Below, piece after piece: positions 1 through 8,251 of a stretch of DNA of 11,679 nt; within the stretch, counting starts at the first letter, position 1, and each line of letters starts with the position of its first letter. Source of the stretch: an uncultured archaeon. Lineage in GTDB: Archaea; Thermoproteota; EX4484-205; JAAOZP01. Both the position numbers and the translations under genes were made by a program. Under the pieces are notes generated by a model. That model ran no database searches, was not told the origin of the DNA, and worked only from the letters and a program-made list of their open reading frames with translations. The stretch is taken from NCBI GenBank assembly GCA_938045545.1, contig CALIBN010000019.1, forward strand, positions 1-11,679, in the 5' to 3' direction.

Positions 1-13
1 TCCGTCATTATGG

Positions 14-27
14 AGAAAAGCTTATCT
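14..27 (+). promoter_or_regulatory. Candidate archaeal promoter (BRE + TATA-like box) for the SBP-permease operon
   Basis: Purine-rich AGAAAAG (14-20) directly followed by CTTATCT (21-27), about 30 nt upstream of the ATG at 58. The same AGAAAAG precedes the TATA box of the aminotransferase gene. Confidence 0.45.
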
Positions 28-33
28 CAAAGA

Positions 34-50
34 GTTAAGAATTATTTAAC
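34..50. promoter_or_regulatory. Candidate operator, inverted repeat GTTAA-N7-TTAAC
   Basis: GTTAAGAATTATTTAAC lies between the putative TATA box and the start codon, where archaeal repressors often bind. The arms are short, so support is weak. Confidence 0.3.
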
Positions 51-57
51 GATGTAA

Positions 58-1410
58 ATGTCTCAACAGAGGCCCTCAAAAGTTAGATTAGTTGTGGCGT
101 TGGTTCTTGTGGCTGTAGTAGTTGTCGCAGCTGGTGTGGTCTTATTATTGTCTATGCAGAGGCCAGTTGAGAAGATTAAGATTGAGTGGTGGGACGAGTG
201 GGGAGAGGCTCGGTTAAAGTGGGCTGAAGAAATGGTGGCAGCTTATGAGAGGGATCACCCTGACGTAGATATAGTGATTGTCGAATTCGCTTCTGATGAG
301 GACTTTAAGACAAAGTTTGAAGCGGCGATAGCGGCCGGCCAACCACCCGCAGTGTTTAGGACGCTGGGAGGCGGCATTCTCAAGTCATATGTCGATGGGG
401 GACATGTCGAGGACTTGACAGATTTGCTGAATGAGGATTGGGCTTTAAACCAAATACCGCGGACCATGCTTAGACAATCAACTTGGAAGGGGCGACACTA
501 TGCAGTCCCCTTTGACCTGTGGGCTGGGCATTTCTACATTAACAGGGAGTTATTTGAGAAGGCTGGCGTTCAGATACCGCCTATAACAAGCACTTGGACA
601 TGGGACGAGTTCAAGGCAGCTATCAAAAAGTTCAAGGAGGCTGGAATAATTCCTATCGCGGTCGGCGGTAAGGACAAATGGGAACTCTCATTCTACTACA
701 TGTACATAGTGGATAGGTTGGCTGGCTCTGACGCGTTTAGAAAGACGATAAACCGGGCACCAGGCTACAGCTTCACTGACGAACACTGGGTGAGGGCTGG
801 ATACCTATTCAAGGAGCTTGTTGACCTAGGAGCTTTCCAAGAGGGATTTATTGGCGCAAGCTATGACGAAGCACAGAACCTCTTCTTCACAGGGAAGGCG
901 GCGATGTGGCTCCAAGGACCTTGGATACTTGGAGACCTCTTCGCATCGTTCCCAGACTTCCCAATCGACATTATCAACTTCCCAACAGTACCAGGTGGTA
1001 AGGGGGACCCAACAATGCTTCTAGGAGCAGTCCAGCACCACTACGCAATAGCTAGGAATATTCCTGACAACGTTAAAAAAGTTGCATACGACTTTCTGAG
1101 ATTCATCTGTAAAAAGGAAAACGTCATAAGATATGCGGAATTAAGTGCTGCACCTCTCGCACAGAATGTGGCTGTCCCCATCGAAAACTATCCGCCTGTG
1201 CTTGTCAAGGTAATAGAGTCTACGTCAAGAGCGAGCTGGCTCCAGATGGCCTATGACGAATATTCTCCACCAAAGTTTGCGCAGGTTCACCTTGACTCCC
1301 TCGCGGCAGTTGCTGCTGGAACGATGACTCCTGAACAGATGGCTGAAGCACAGGAACGTGTTGCACGTGAGCTTGCAGAACAGGGGATATTGCCACTTGA
1401 AGAGGTCTAG
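58..1410 (+). CDS. Carbohydrate ABC transporter extracellular substrate-binding protein (CUT1, SBP family 1), membrane-anchored
   Basis: 450 aa. Basic N-terminus plus hydrophobic anchor (LVVALVLVAVVVVAAGVVLLL). SBP1-type motifs: YERDHPDVDI, YAVPF..FYINRELFEKAG, TWDEF, PIAVGGKDKW, FFTGKAAMWLQGPW. Directly upstream of two MalF/MalG-type permeases. Confidence 0.93.
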   Translation: MSQQRPSKVRLVVALVLVAVVVVAAGVVLLLSMQRPVEKIKIEWWDEWGEARLKWAEEMVAAYERDHPDVDIVIVEFASDEDFKTKFEAAIAAGQPPAVFRTLGGGILKSYVDGGHVEDLTDLLNEDWALNQIPRTMLRQSTWKGRHYAVPFDLWAGHFYINRELFEKAGVQIPPITSTWTWDEFKAAIKKFKEAGIIPIAVGGKDKWELSFYYMYIVDRLAGSDAFRKTINRAPGYSFTDEHWVRAGYLFKELVDLGAFQEGFIGASYDEAQNLFFTGKAAMWLQGPWILGDLFASFPDFPIDIINFPTVPGGKGDPTMLLGAVQHHYAIARNIPDNVKKVAYDFLRFICKKENVIRYAELSAAPLAQNVAVPIENYPPVLVKVIESTSRASWLQMAYDEYSPPKFAQVHLDSLAAVAAGTMTPEQMAEAQERVARELAEQGILPLEEV

Positions 1411-2344
1411 TTTAAACGAGAAATATAAACAAAGAACAGCCATATTTTTTCCGTCTAAATCGTTAAAAAACTTTCTAGACTCTCAAGCTGGCTTGATACT
1501 AACTCTACCCGCATTAGCATTCGTCACCATCTTTGTATTTTATCCATTAGCGCAGATGTTTTATCTGAGTCTATTTAGGTGGAATTTCGTCAGCCCGAAT
1601 ATGGTATTTGTTGGTATTGAACATTACGCTAGGATGTTCCTAAACGATCCGGTTTATCTTCGCTCATTAGTTAACGTCGTATTACTTGCAGCGCAGTCCT
1701 CGGCTATTCAGATTCCAATAGGAGTGGCTCTAGCCACGATCATAATTCGATATAGACGGATTGGAGGGTTATTCTGGGCGATAATCTTCCTACCATATGT
1801 AATCTCATCCGTCGCTGTCTCGCTTATCTGGACTTGGATGTACAACCCATATTTCGGCTCGATTAATGTCTTTTTACATGCTATTGGCCTAGGCTTCCTG
1901 GCACGCCCATGGTTGGGTGATATAAGTACGGCGCTCATAGCGATCTTCGGAACAGTCAATTGGATTTACATAGGATTGACGACTACTATGACCATCGCCA
2001 CATTGAAAAGCATTCCACCCAGCATCTTTGAGTCGGCTAGGATAGATGGGCTCTCGGGATTCCAAGAGTTTAGAAAGATAACTCTGCCTCTTTTGAAAGA
2101 ATTGATAGTTGTTCTTATGATAATAGATATCGCCGGCGCCTTCCAGTTCTTTGACCTTATCTGGGTTATGACGCAGGGTGGGCCAAGCGATAGCACGCAT
2201 GTTACGACGACATGGCTTTATAGGGCTGCCTTTAGATCCTCAGAGCCGGGGTATGGAGCGGCAATAGGCGTAACGATTTTCATTTTTAGCTTCGTCATTG
2301 TCCAACTTCTCATTAAGATTACGCGATCCAGACTAACGAGGTGA
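1397..2344 (+). CDS. Carbohydrate ABC transporter permease, MalF/UgpA-like
   Basis: About 6 hydrophobic segments, FVGIEHY, EAA-loop variant SIPPSIFESARIDG, KITLPLL, MTQGGP. The ORF track starts at GTG 1358. The in-frame TTG at 1397, preceded by GGGGAT (1383-1388) and overlapping the SBP stop by 14 nt, is a more plausible start. Confidence 0.92.
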   Translation: MKRSSLNEKYKQRTAIFFPSKSLKNFLDSQAGLILTLPALAFVTIFVFYPLAQMFYLSLFRWNFVSPNMVFVGIEHYARMFLNDPVYLRSLVNVVLLAAQSSAIQIPIGVALATIIIRYRRIGGLFWAIIFLPYVISSVAVSLIWTWMYNPYFGSINVFLHAIGLGFLARPWLGDISTALIAIFGTVNWIYIGLTTTMTIATLKSIPPSIFESARIDGLSGFQEFRKITLPLLKELIVVLMIIDIAGAFQFFDLIWVMTQGGPSDSTHVTTTWLYRAAFRSSEPGYGAAIGVTIFIFSFVIVQLLIKITRSRLTR

Positions 2345-2354
2345 GAGGAACGAA

Positions 2355-3203
2355 ATGTTATCTCAGAAGGCTAAAATAATGAAGCGTTTGAAACTACTCG
2401 CACTTGCCATTACCCTGCTAATAATATCTATTATAATGATTTATCCTTTATCATGGACGCTGATCACCGCTTTTAAAACCAATAGGGAGCTCTTTCTCGA
2501 TCCTTGGGGACTCCCTTCCAATCCAACTTTTGAGAACTTCATCAAGGCAGTGGATAGAGGCAATATGGGCCAAGCCATGATCAACAGCCTTATAGTTTCT
2601 CTAAGCTCCATATTCATAATATCTATAATAGCTCCGATGGCAGCCTATGCTACTTCCCGAATAGATTTCAAGTTTAAAGGCGCTGTAACAAATCTGCTTA
2701 TTGCGGGATTCTTTATAGCACCTCATGCGGTTCTAGTACCACTACTCATCCTCTTGAGAGACATGGGTCTGGTAGATACTCTACTAGGGCTTATTCTCTC
2801 GCACGTTGGCTGGCACCTACCATTTGCAATACTATTTATGAAGGCATTCTTCGTCTCAATCCCCAGCAGTCTACAAGACTCCGCGCGCGTCGATGGTTTG
2901 TCATATTACTCGATGTATCGGAAAATTATGCTCCCCCTAGCTCTTCCAACGATTCTGACTGTTGCAATAATTATGTTCATTAGTGTTTGGAACAACTTTC
3001 TCTTCGCTTTCATCTTTTTACGCTCTCCAAGCAACTTCACAGTGCCTATAAACCTACTAAACTTCACTACAGGCAGGTATGGAAATGACTATGTTGCGCA
3101 GAGCGCTGCAGTATTAATATCAGCAATTCCAACAATTGTCCTATACTTGTTATTCGCGGAAAGGATACGCAAAGGAGTTGCATTCATGGCATTTGGTCGC
3201 TAG
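2355..3203 (+). CDS. Carbohydrate ABC transporter permease, MalG/UgpE-like
   Basis: 282 aa with PTFENF, MAAYATSR, EAA-loop variant SIPSSLQDSARVDG, WNNFLFA, and a GAGG RBS upstream of the ATG. Confidence 0.93.
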   Translation: MLSQKAKIMKRLKLLALAITLLIISIIMIYPLSWTLITAFKTNRELFLDPWGLPSNPTFENFIKAVDRGNMGQAMINSLIVSLSSIFIISIIAPMAAYATSRIDFKFKGAVTNLLIAGFFIAPHAVLVPLLILLRDMGLVDTLLGLILSHVGWHLPFAILFMKAFFVSIPSSLQDSARVDGLSYYSMYRKIMLPLALPTILTVAIIMFISVWNNFLFAFIFLRSPSNFTVPINLLNFTTGRYGNDYVAQSAAVLISAIPTIVLYLLFAERIRKGVAFMAFGR

Positions 3204-4291
3204 ATTATCAATTCCTCGGTCTTTTTATCAAATATATGTAATTTCGCGGTGGACATTCTGAAGTAAGCCTTGTCCTTTGCTCCAAGCTCAAATGATGGGG
3301 GAGCTTGAGCAACAATAAGCACATCATCGACTTCAAATGTGATGAATGAGAGGTTTCCAATATTTTCGACAAGGTAGATCTCCGCCTCTATATATCCCTC
3401 CTTATAAGTTGTGGAGACTTCAATATCTTCAGGCCTAATGCCGATCATAACTTCTCGGTCCAACACCCTATCTAAAATTCTTTGAGCCATTGAAGCTGGT
3501 ATATCTATGTCAAATGCACCGGTAGTAATCTTCAGGTTTTTATCATCCGTCACAACTACCGCATCAAATATGTTCATCTTGGGGCTTCCAACAAACTCGG
3601 CGACAAACCTGTTAGCAGGTCTGCTGTAGATCTCTTGCGGTGATCCTATCTGTTGGATTCTACCATTTCTCATTACCGCTATTCTACTGGCCATTACCAT
3701 AGCCTCTACTTGATCGTGAGTTACATAGATTGTTGTCGTCTTTAGGCGCTCATGGAGTTTCTTTAGTTCACCCCTCATCCTAGCCCTAAGAGCAGCGTCG
3801 AGGTTGGAGAGCGGCTCGTCCATCAAGAAGACCGACGGCTCCCTAACAATAGCTCTACCCAGCGCTACACGTTGTTGCTCACCCCCACTGAGCTGGCCGG
3901 GCTTCCTTTCTAGAAGGTGTTTTATCCCTAACAGCTCAGCGGTCTCAAGAACTCTTCTTCTTATCTCTTCGCGAGGCATCCCACGTACCTGAAGACTCAA
4001 CGCCATATTATCAAACACTTTCATGTGAGGGTATAGTGCGTAGTCTTGGAAAACCATCGCAACGCGCCTATCCTTAGGTTCTAGCTCGTTTACAGGCTCG
4101 CCATCAAATAGTATTAGACCGCTTGTTGGTTTTTCAAGGCCAGCAATAAGTCTCAAGGTTGTGGTCTTGCCACAGCCTGATGGACCCAACAACACCATGA
4201 ATTCACCATCATTAACCAGTAAGTCGACGTTGTCTACAGCCTTTGTCTCTCCAAAGTATTTACACACCTTCTCTAACTGTACTTGTGTCAT
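3200..4291 (-). CDS. Carbohydrate ABC transporter ATP-binding protein, MalK/UgpC family
   Basis: 363 aa. Walker A GPSGCGKT, Q-loop MVFQDYALYPHM, signature LSGGEQQR, Walker B/D-loop FLMDEPLSNLD, H-loop YVTHDQ, and C-terminal regulatory (TOBE-type) region with GIRPED. Confidence 0.96.
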   Translation of the reverse strand: MTQVQLEKVCKYFGETKAVDNVDLLVNDGEFMVLLGPSGCGKTTTLRLIAGLEKPTSGLILFDGEPVNELEPKDRRVAMVFQDYALYPHMKVFDNMALSLQVRGMPREEIRRRVLETAELLGIKHLLERKPGQLSGGEQQRVALGRAIVREPSVFLMDEPLSNLDAALRARMRGELKKLHERLKTTTIYVTHDQVEAMVMASRIAVMRNGRIQQIGSPQEIYSRPANRFVAEFVGSPKMNIFDAVVVTDDKNLKITTGAFDIDIPASMAQRILDRVLDREVMIGIRPEDIEVSTTYKEGYIEAEIYLVENIGNLSFITFEVDDVLIVAQAPPSFELGAKDKAYFRMSTAKLHIFDKKTEELII

Positions 4292-4306
4292 TCTTTTCTC
4301 TTCCCT

Positions 4307-5551
4307 CTATCTTGCTAGCTCGTGAGCATTTTCCTTTATCTTTTCTATTGCAGCAGCTACCAATTCGAGGGCCTCCCTATCTGCTAGAAGGATATAGTGT
4401 AGGAGAGTTACTTCTCTTTTGGTGAATTCCTCAGCACCGGGTAGATACATTCGGTCGTAGTCGGGATATTCTGTACCTGCTGGCATGACTTCAAGAAATG
4501 CTTCTCGGCTGAAGGCTTTCTGCTTGTAAAGTGGCATTCCGTAGCCTACATCTGCGGGGACGCCCTCAGCTCTTAGAGCCTCTATAAACCTCTCCTTGGA
4601 GACCCCTCCAAACTCGTCTTTATCATATCTGAAGACGAAATAGTAGTAGCCCCTCTTAGTCACGCCTTCTTCCATCTTCTGCGGCTCCACACCGCCGATC
4701 TTCTTCAGAAGCCCAGCAAGATATTCCCCGTTTCTATGCTTCTTCTCAACCTGCTCCTTAAATTCGTCAAGCTTAGACAGGAGGAGTGCTGCTTGAAACT
4801 CTGTCATCCTGTAGTTTGAGCTGAGGATGTAGTGTTCGTATCCTGGCCTCCCTACGACCCTGCCTATGTTGTGTATGAGTCTCGCCTTGCTGGCGTATTC
4901 GTCGCTGTCTGTGAGTACTATTCCACCCTCACCTGCTGTTAAAGACTTGCTTTCTTGGAATGAGAATCCACCCATGTCTCCTATGGCCCCAACTCGCCTA
5001 CCTCTCCACTCGGAGCCATGCGCGTGTGCACAATCCTCAATCAACCTTATCCCGCGTCTAGATAGGAATGGCTTCAGCTCGTCAAAGTTTACTGGATTGC
5101 CGCCGTAATGGACAGCCACAACAGCCTTCACCCCGTCTTCTCTCTCAACGATCTCCCTGACAGAGGCCGGTGAGATGTTTCCAGTCTCCGGGTTGACGTC
5201 GGCGAATATGGGGATTGCTCCAAGCTCTGTGGCGGCTGAGGCTGAAGCTATGAAGGTAACGGCCGGAACTATTACCTTGTCGCCCTGCTTAACTCCAACA
5301 GCCTTTAACGCAAGCTCCAACGCGACTGTCCCGTTTGCGACAGCTATGCCGTGTCTCGCGTGGTGATACTCGGCGAAGGCGGACTCGAAGAGCTCTGCCT
5401 TAGACCCGGGATAAATCCTACACCACCTCCGACTCTCCAAAACTTCAATGAGTGCTTGCCTCTCCTTTTCACCATAAGTCGGCCAAGCAGGTATAAGTTT
5501 AAACAGGTCTCGAGCCACGGGGGCTCCACCATTAATTGCTAGTCGTGCCAA
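4307..5551 (-). CDS. DegT/DnrJ/EryC1/StrS family PLP-dependent aminotransferase, RifK/BtrR/StsC-like
   Basis: 414 aa, TTG start with GGTGA RBS (5558-5562). Motifs NGTVALELAL, VIVPAVTFIAS, AVHYGG, EDCAHAHG, PLP-lysine motif SFQESKSLTAGEGG, NYRMTEFQAALL. The subgroup call rests on my recall of these motifs in RifK/BtrR. Confidence 0.9.
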   Translation of the reverse strand: MARLAINGGAPVARDLFKLIPAWPTYGEKERQALIEVLESRRWCRIYPGSKAELFESAFAEYHHARHGIAVANGTVALELALKAVGVKQGDKVIVPAVTFIASASAATELGAIPIFADVNPETGNISPASVREIVEREDGVKAVVAVHYGGNPVNFDELKPFLSRRGIRLIEDCAHAHGSEWRGRRVGAIGDMGGFSFQESKSLTAGEGGIVLTDSDEYASKARLIHNIGRVVGRPGYEHYILSSNYRMTEFQAALLLSKLDEFKEQVEKKHRNGEYLAGLLKKIGGVEPQKMEEGVTKRGYYYFVFRYDKDEFGGVSKERFIEALRAEGVPADVGYGMPLYKQKAFSREAFLEVMPAGTEYPDYDRMYLPGAEEFTKREVTLLHYILLADREALELVAAAIEKIKENAHELAR

Positions 5552-5593
5552 AACCGTTCACCATATAACTCGCGTATAAATTATCGGACACTG

Positions 5594-5607
5594 TATATAT
5601 CTTTTCT
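5594..5607 (-). promoter_or_regulatory. Archaeal promoter (BRE AGAAAAG + TATA ATATATA) for the aminotransferase-ATPase unit
   Basis: Minus strand reads AGAAAAG-ATATATA. The implied TSS near 5570 leaves a short leader containing the GGTGA RBS before TTG 5551. Confidence 0.6.
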
Positions 5608-6814
5608 AGGCTGGAGTGTTGTTTCGGTCTCGCTCTAGTGGTGGCTGATAGGTGTAGACCTCTTTGAAGCTCGCTGACAGTATTAGTGAGCCGACCTTCA
5701 GCTCTTGTATGGGTCCTTGATGGGGTGTGTAGATTCTGGCGAGGCCTTTGTCGTCTATTCCCATGAAGAGGGCGAGGCCTTGGGCCCTCCTACCTTGAAC
5801 ATTGACGTATGAGAGGATGCCGAGCTCTGCTTCGGACATGTCCAGCCCCTCGATGAGTGGTGCCCTCTCGACAGCGGCGTTCTCCATCTCCCTGATGACT
5901 GTCTTCAAGTAGTCTTCGATGGGGAGAGAGTCTAAGATTAGTGGCGTTATCTTGATCCATCGCCTAGGCGTGGAGACCAGCCTAGCCCCGCGTAGGAATC
6001 TGGTATAGTTCATCTCCCTGATCTGCCTCCTGGCTTCCTGGTCTCTCCTCATGACAATCCTGGGCTCGCGGATGCTGATGACTTCTGCACCCACTTTGGC
6101 GGCAGCCTCGTCCATCTCTCCATGCTCGTCTATGCCTATGAATATGATGTGGCTTGGCTTAAGGATCTCTATTAACTGGGACTTATGGTTTTTGGCGCGC
6201 TCGTGGTCTATCCAGCCGTCCGTGTTGACTAAGACCCTGTCGACTCCCTCGATGCCAGATGCGAGATCCCTGGCGGTTCTCAGGGAGTCTTTTATCGAGT
6301 ATGTGGGGGATGTGTAGCCGTAGGGGTATACGGCTTCCGGCTTGAGAGTGGAGAGGCTGGCGGTTGGCTTGGTGCCTGTGGCTAGGCCCATGGTTGTTGG
6401 AGGGCAGATCTCCGACTGCCCCACGTCTAGGTCGGCCACGGCTATCCTACCTCCAGAGACAAGCTTGTTGTAGAGATATGTCAGCAGCGATGTCTTTCCC
6501 ACATCAACTCCACCGATGACCATGACCCTAAACCTGCTGCCGAGCCCTGAAGCCACGTCCACCCACTCCTGGGGTATTGTAGAGCCCTCCACGGCTTCAG
6601 CCGCTCCCCCCTCGCCTAAGAGAACCTCTACGACGGCGCCCGCCTCAGAATAGAAGGGCAGCGACCTCCATGGCTTAACGACTATTCTCTCCTTCTGTCC
6701 AGGGCTGTAGCCGTAAACCTCGACCACCCCCTCCAAGACCCTGGCGGAGGCGGGCCCCTTCACGATGAGCGTAGAGCGGGGGCTGACGCGGATGAGGCTG
6801 GTCTCGGCAGACAT
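5606..6814 (-). CDS. clp1: Clp1/Grc3/Nol9-family polynucleotide 5'-hydroxyl kinase
   Basis: P-loop GGVDVGKTS, Walker B DLDVGQ, clasp NTDGW, Arg-rich lid RRDQEARRQIRE, and a beta-rich N-terminal domain (LIVKGPASARVLEGVVEVYG). ATG 6814 follows a GGTGG RBS; the ORF track uses GTG 6823. Confidence 0.88.
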   Translation of the reverse strand: MSAETSLIRVSPRSTLIVKGPASARVLEGVVEVYGYSPGQKERIVVKPWRSLPFYSEAGAVVEVLLGEGGAAEAVEGSTIPQEWVDVASGLGSRFRVMVIGGVDVGKTSLLTYLYNKLVSGGRIAVADLDVGQSEICPPTTMGLATGTKPTASLSTLKPEAVYPYGYTSPTYSIKDSLRTARDLASGIEGVDRVLVNTDGWIDHERAKNHKSQLIEILKPSHIIFIGIDEHGEMDEAAAKVGAEVISIREPRIVMRRDQEARRQIREMNYTRFLRGARLVSTPRRWIKITPLILDSLPIEDYLKTVIREMENAAVERAPLIEGLDMSEAELGILSYVNVQGRRAQGLALFMGIDDKGLARIYTPHQGPIQELKVGSLILSASFKEVYTYQPPLERDRNNTPA

Positions 6815-6875
6815 ATCCACCACAACTGCGGGGCCCTCTTACACTTTACTCTTCGCCTCGAAGGCTTCTTGGAAT

Positions 6876-7847
6876 TTATATTCCCAGCAGTCTCAGAGGA
6901 GTCTTCAGCCGCGGCCAAACGCCAATAGATACTTTAGAGGACTCATCGGAAAGCATCTTCCACTCCTCGTCGCTGAGCTCCAGCTCGGCTGCACGGGCAT
7001 TCGACTCAACCTGCTCTGGCCTCTTGGCGCCGGGTATGGCTACGACGTGACTCTTCTTGATCAGCCAGGCCAGGGCCACTTGGCTGGGCTCTACGCCGTG
7101 TCTCGCCGCCACCTCTCTCAGAAGCGTCATCAATGGCTCCGCTCTCCTGAGCACGGCTGGGTCGAAGAGGGGGTTGAGCCTGCGGACAAGGTCTCTCGGC
7201 CTGTTCGAGGCGTTGTAACGCGCTGTCAGGAGTCCTTGAGCCAGCGGGCTATAGGCTATCAACGCGACCCCCTCCCTCTCACAGTATTGCAGCAACCCCT
7301 TCTCAACCCCCCTCTCCACAAGATTATACTTGACCTGGTTCGAAACTATCTCCTCCCTCTTGAGACACTCTTGAGCCCTTCTCAGCCTGCCTAGCGAGAA
7401 GTTGCTCACGCCGATTGCCCTAACCTTCCCCAGCTCGACAAGCCTCTCCATAGCTCTCATGGTGGAGGAGAGGGGGACCAGCGGGTTCGGCCAGTGGACC
7501 TGGTAGAGATCTATGACGTCGACACCTAGCCGCTTCAGGCTCCGCTCACAGGCCTTCAAGACGCCGTTATACGTCGCGTGTGTGGGCCAAACTTTCGTAG
7601 CGATGACAACCTCATCCCTAAACTCACGTATCGCCCTGCCCACAACCTCCTCAGACACCCCACCTCCATAAATCTCGGCAGTATCGATGAAGTTGACCCC
7701 CAGCTCATGAGCCCTCACAATAGCCCTCACCACATCATCGACGCCGTAGCCCCTATTCCACCCCCACTCAGACGCCCCAATCTGCCACGTCCCCAACCCA
7801 ACCTTAGAAACCTTCAAACCACTCCGACCCAACTCAAGATACCGCAA
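6876..7847 (-). CDS. Aldo/keto reductase
   Basis: GLKVSKVGLGTWQ. Catalytic tetrad residues in DTAEIY (D, Y), IATK (K) and YQVHWP (H). Also IGVSNF, NQVKYNL, AYSPLAQG, IPGAK. Probable start TTG 7847 (MRYLELG) after a GGGGGTG RBS; the ORF track starts at 7862. Confidence 0.94.
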   Translation of the reverse strand: MRYLELGRSGLKVSKVGLGTWQIGASEWGWNRGYGVDDVVRAIVRAHELGVNFIDTAEIYGGGVSEEVVGRAIREFRDEVVIATKVWPTHATYNGVLKACERSLKRLGVDVIDLYQVHWPNPLVPLSSTMRAMERLVELGKVRAIGVSNFSLGRLRRAQECLKREEIVSNQVKYNLVERGVEKGLLQYCEREGVALIAYSPLAQGLLTARYNASNRPRDLVRRLNPLFDPAVLRRAEPLMTLLREVAARHGVEPSQVALAWLIKKSHVVAIPGAKRPEQVESNARAAELELSDEEWKMLSDESSKVSIGVWPRLKTPLRLLGI

Positions 7848-8042
7848 ACCCACACCCCCCAATCACAAACCCACTCCCAGAAATATCTAGATTACCCCCA
7901 CCACAATTAACAGGCAAACCAATACTCGGCCCCCTATCTTATGTTACACAAAAACAACTTCCCGAGCCTACCATCAGACTGCGCTGCTCCTTCTATTCCC
8001 GGGATGGCGAAAACTCGTGGATCTCATAAACTTGCTTAGGGC

Positions 8043-8195
8043 TTAAGCCCTCGCTATGAAGCCTCTCGTGGGTCTGACCTCTCCCGTAGCCGGGTCTACC
8101 GCAAGACCCAAAGCCTCCAGCGCAAAGACACCGAGCAGTGGCTCTTCAACCCCCGAAGACCCTGACCGGGCCTCAGCCGCCAGCCTCTGACGCAT
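8043..8195 (-). pseudogene. C-terminal remnant of a small archaeal retropepsin-like (clan AA) aspartyl protease
   Basis: Hand translation, below the ORF track cutoff: MRQRLAAEARSGSSGVEEPLLGVFALEALGLAVDPATGEVRPTRGFIARA*. LLGVFALEALGLAVDPATGEVR aligns with LIGVTTLEVLGLQVDPLTGKLK of the protein at 9883-10254. The N-terminal DTG half is missing. Confidence 0.75.
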
Positions 8196-8251
8196 TTGGA
8201 TTTAACACCGCTGGGGAGGGGCTCCATTGAATACATGAGGGCGGAAGTATC

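Noticed and set aside
6765-7394. 209-aa + strand ORF
   Set aside because: Antisense shadow of the GC-rich AKR gene with no recognisable motifs. The other short ORFs antisense to or nested in clear genes (255-467, 1225-1443, 1708-2200, 3804-3992, 4243-4425, 4866-5542, 6051-6317, 7578-7910, 8289-8474) are rejected likewise.
7790-7920. Strongly C/A-rich low-complexity tract (a G/T-rich counterpart occurs at 11265-11330)
   Set aside because: No periodic repeat unit. It matches G/T skew on the sense strand at gene 5' ends and upstream regions.
8039-8050. Perfect 12-bp palindrome GGGCTTAAGCCC over the stop of the protease remnant
   Set aside because: Single occurrence with no loop. It may reflect convergent TAA stops, but the + strand frame (ALLLLFPGWRKLVDLINLLRA*) has no identifiable homology.
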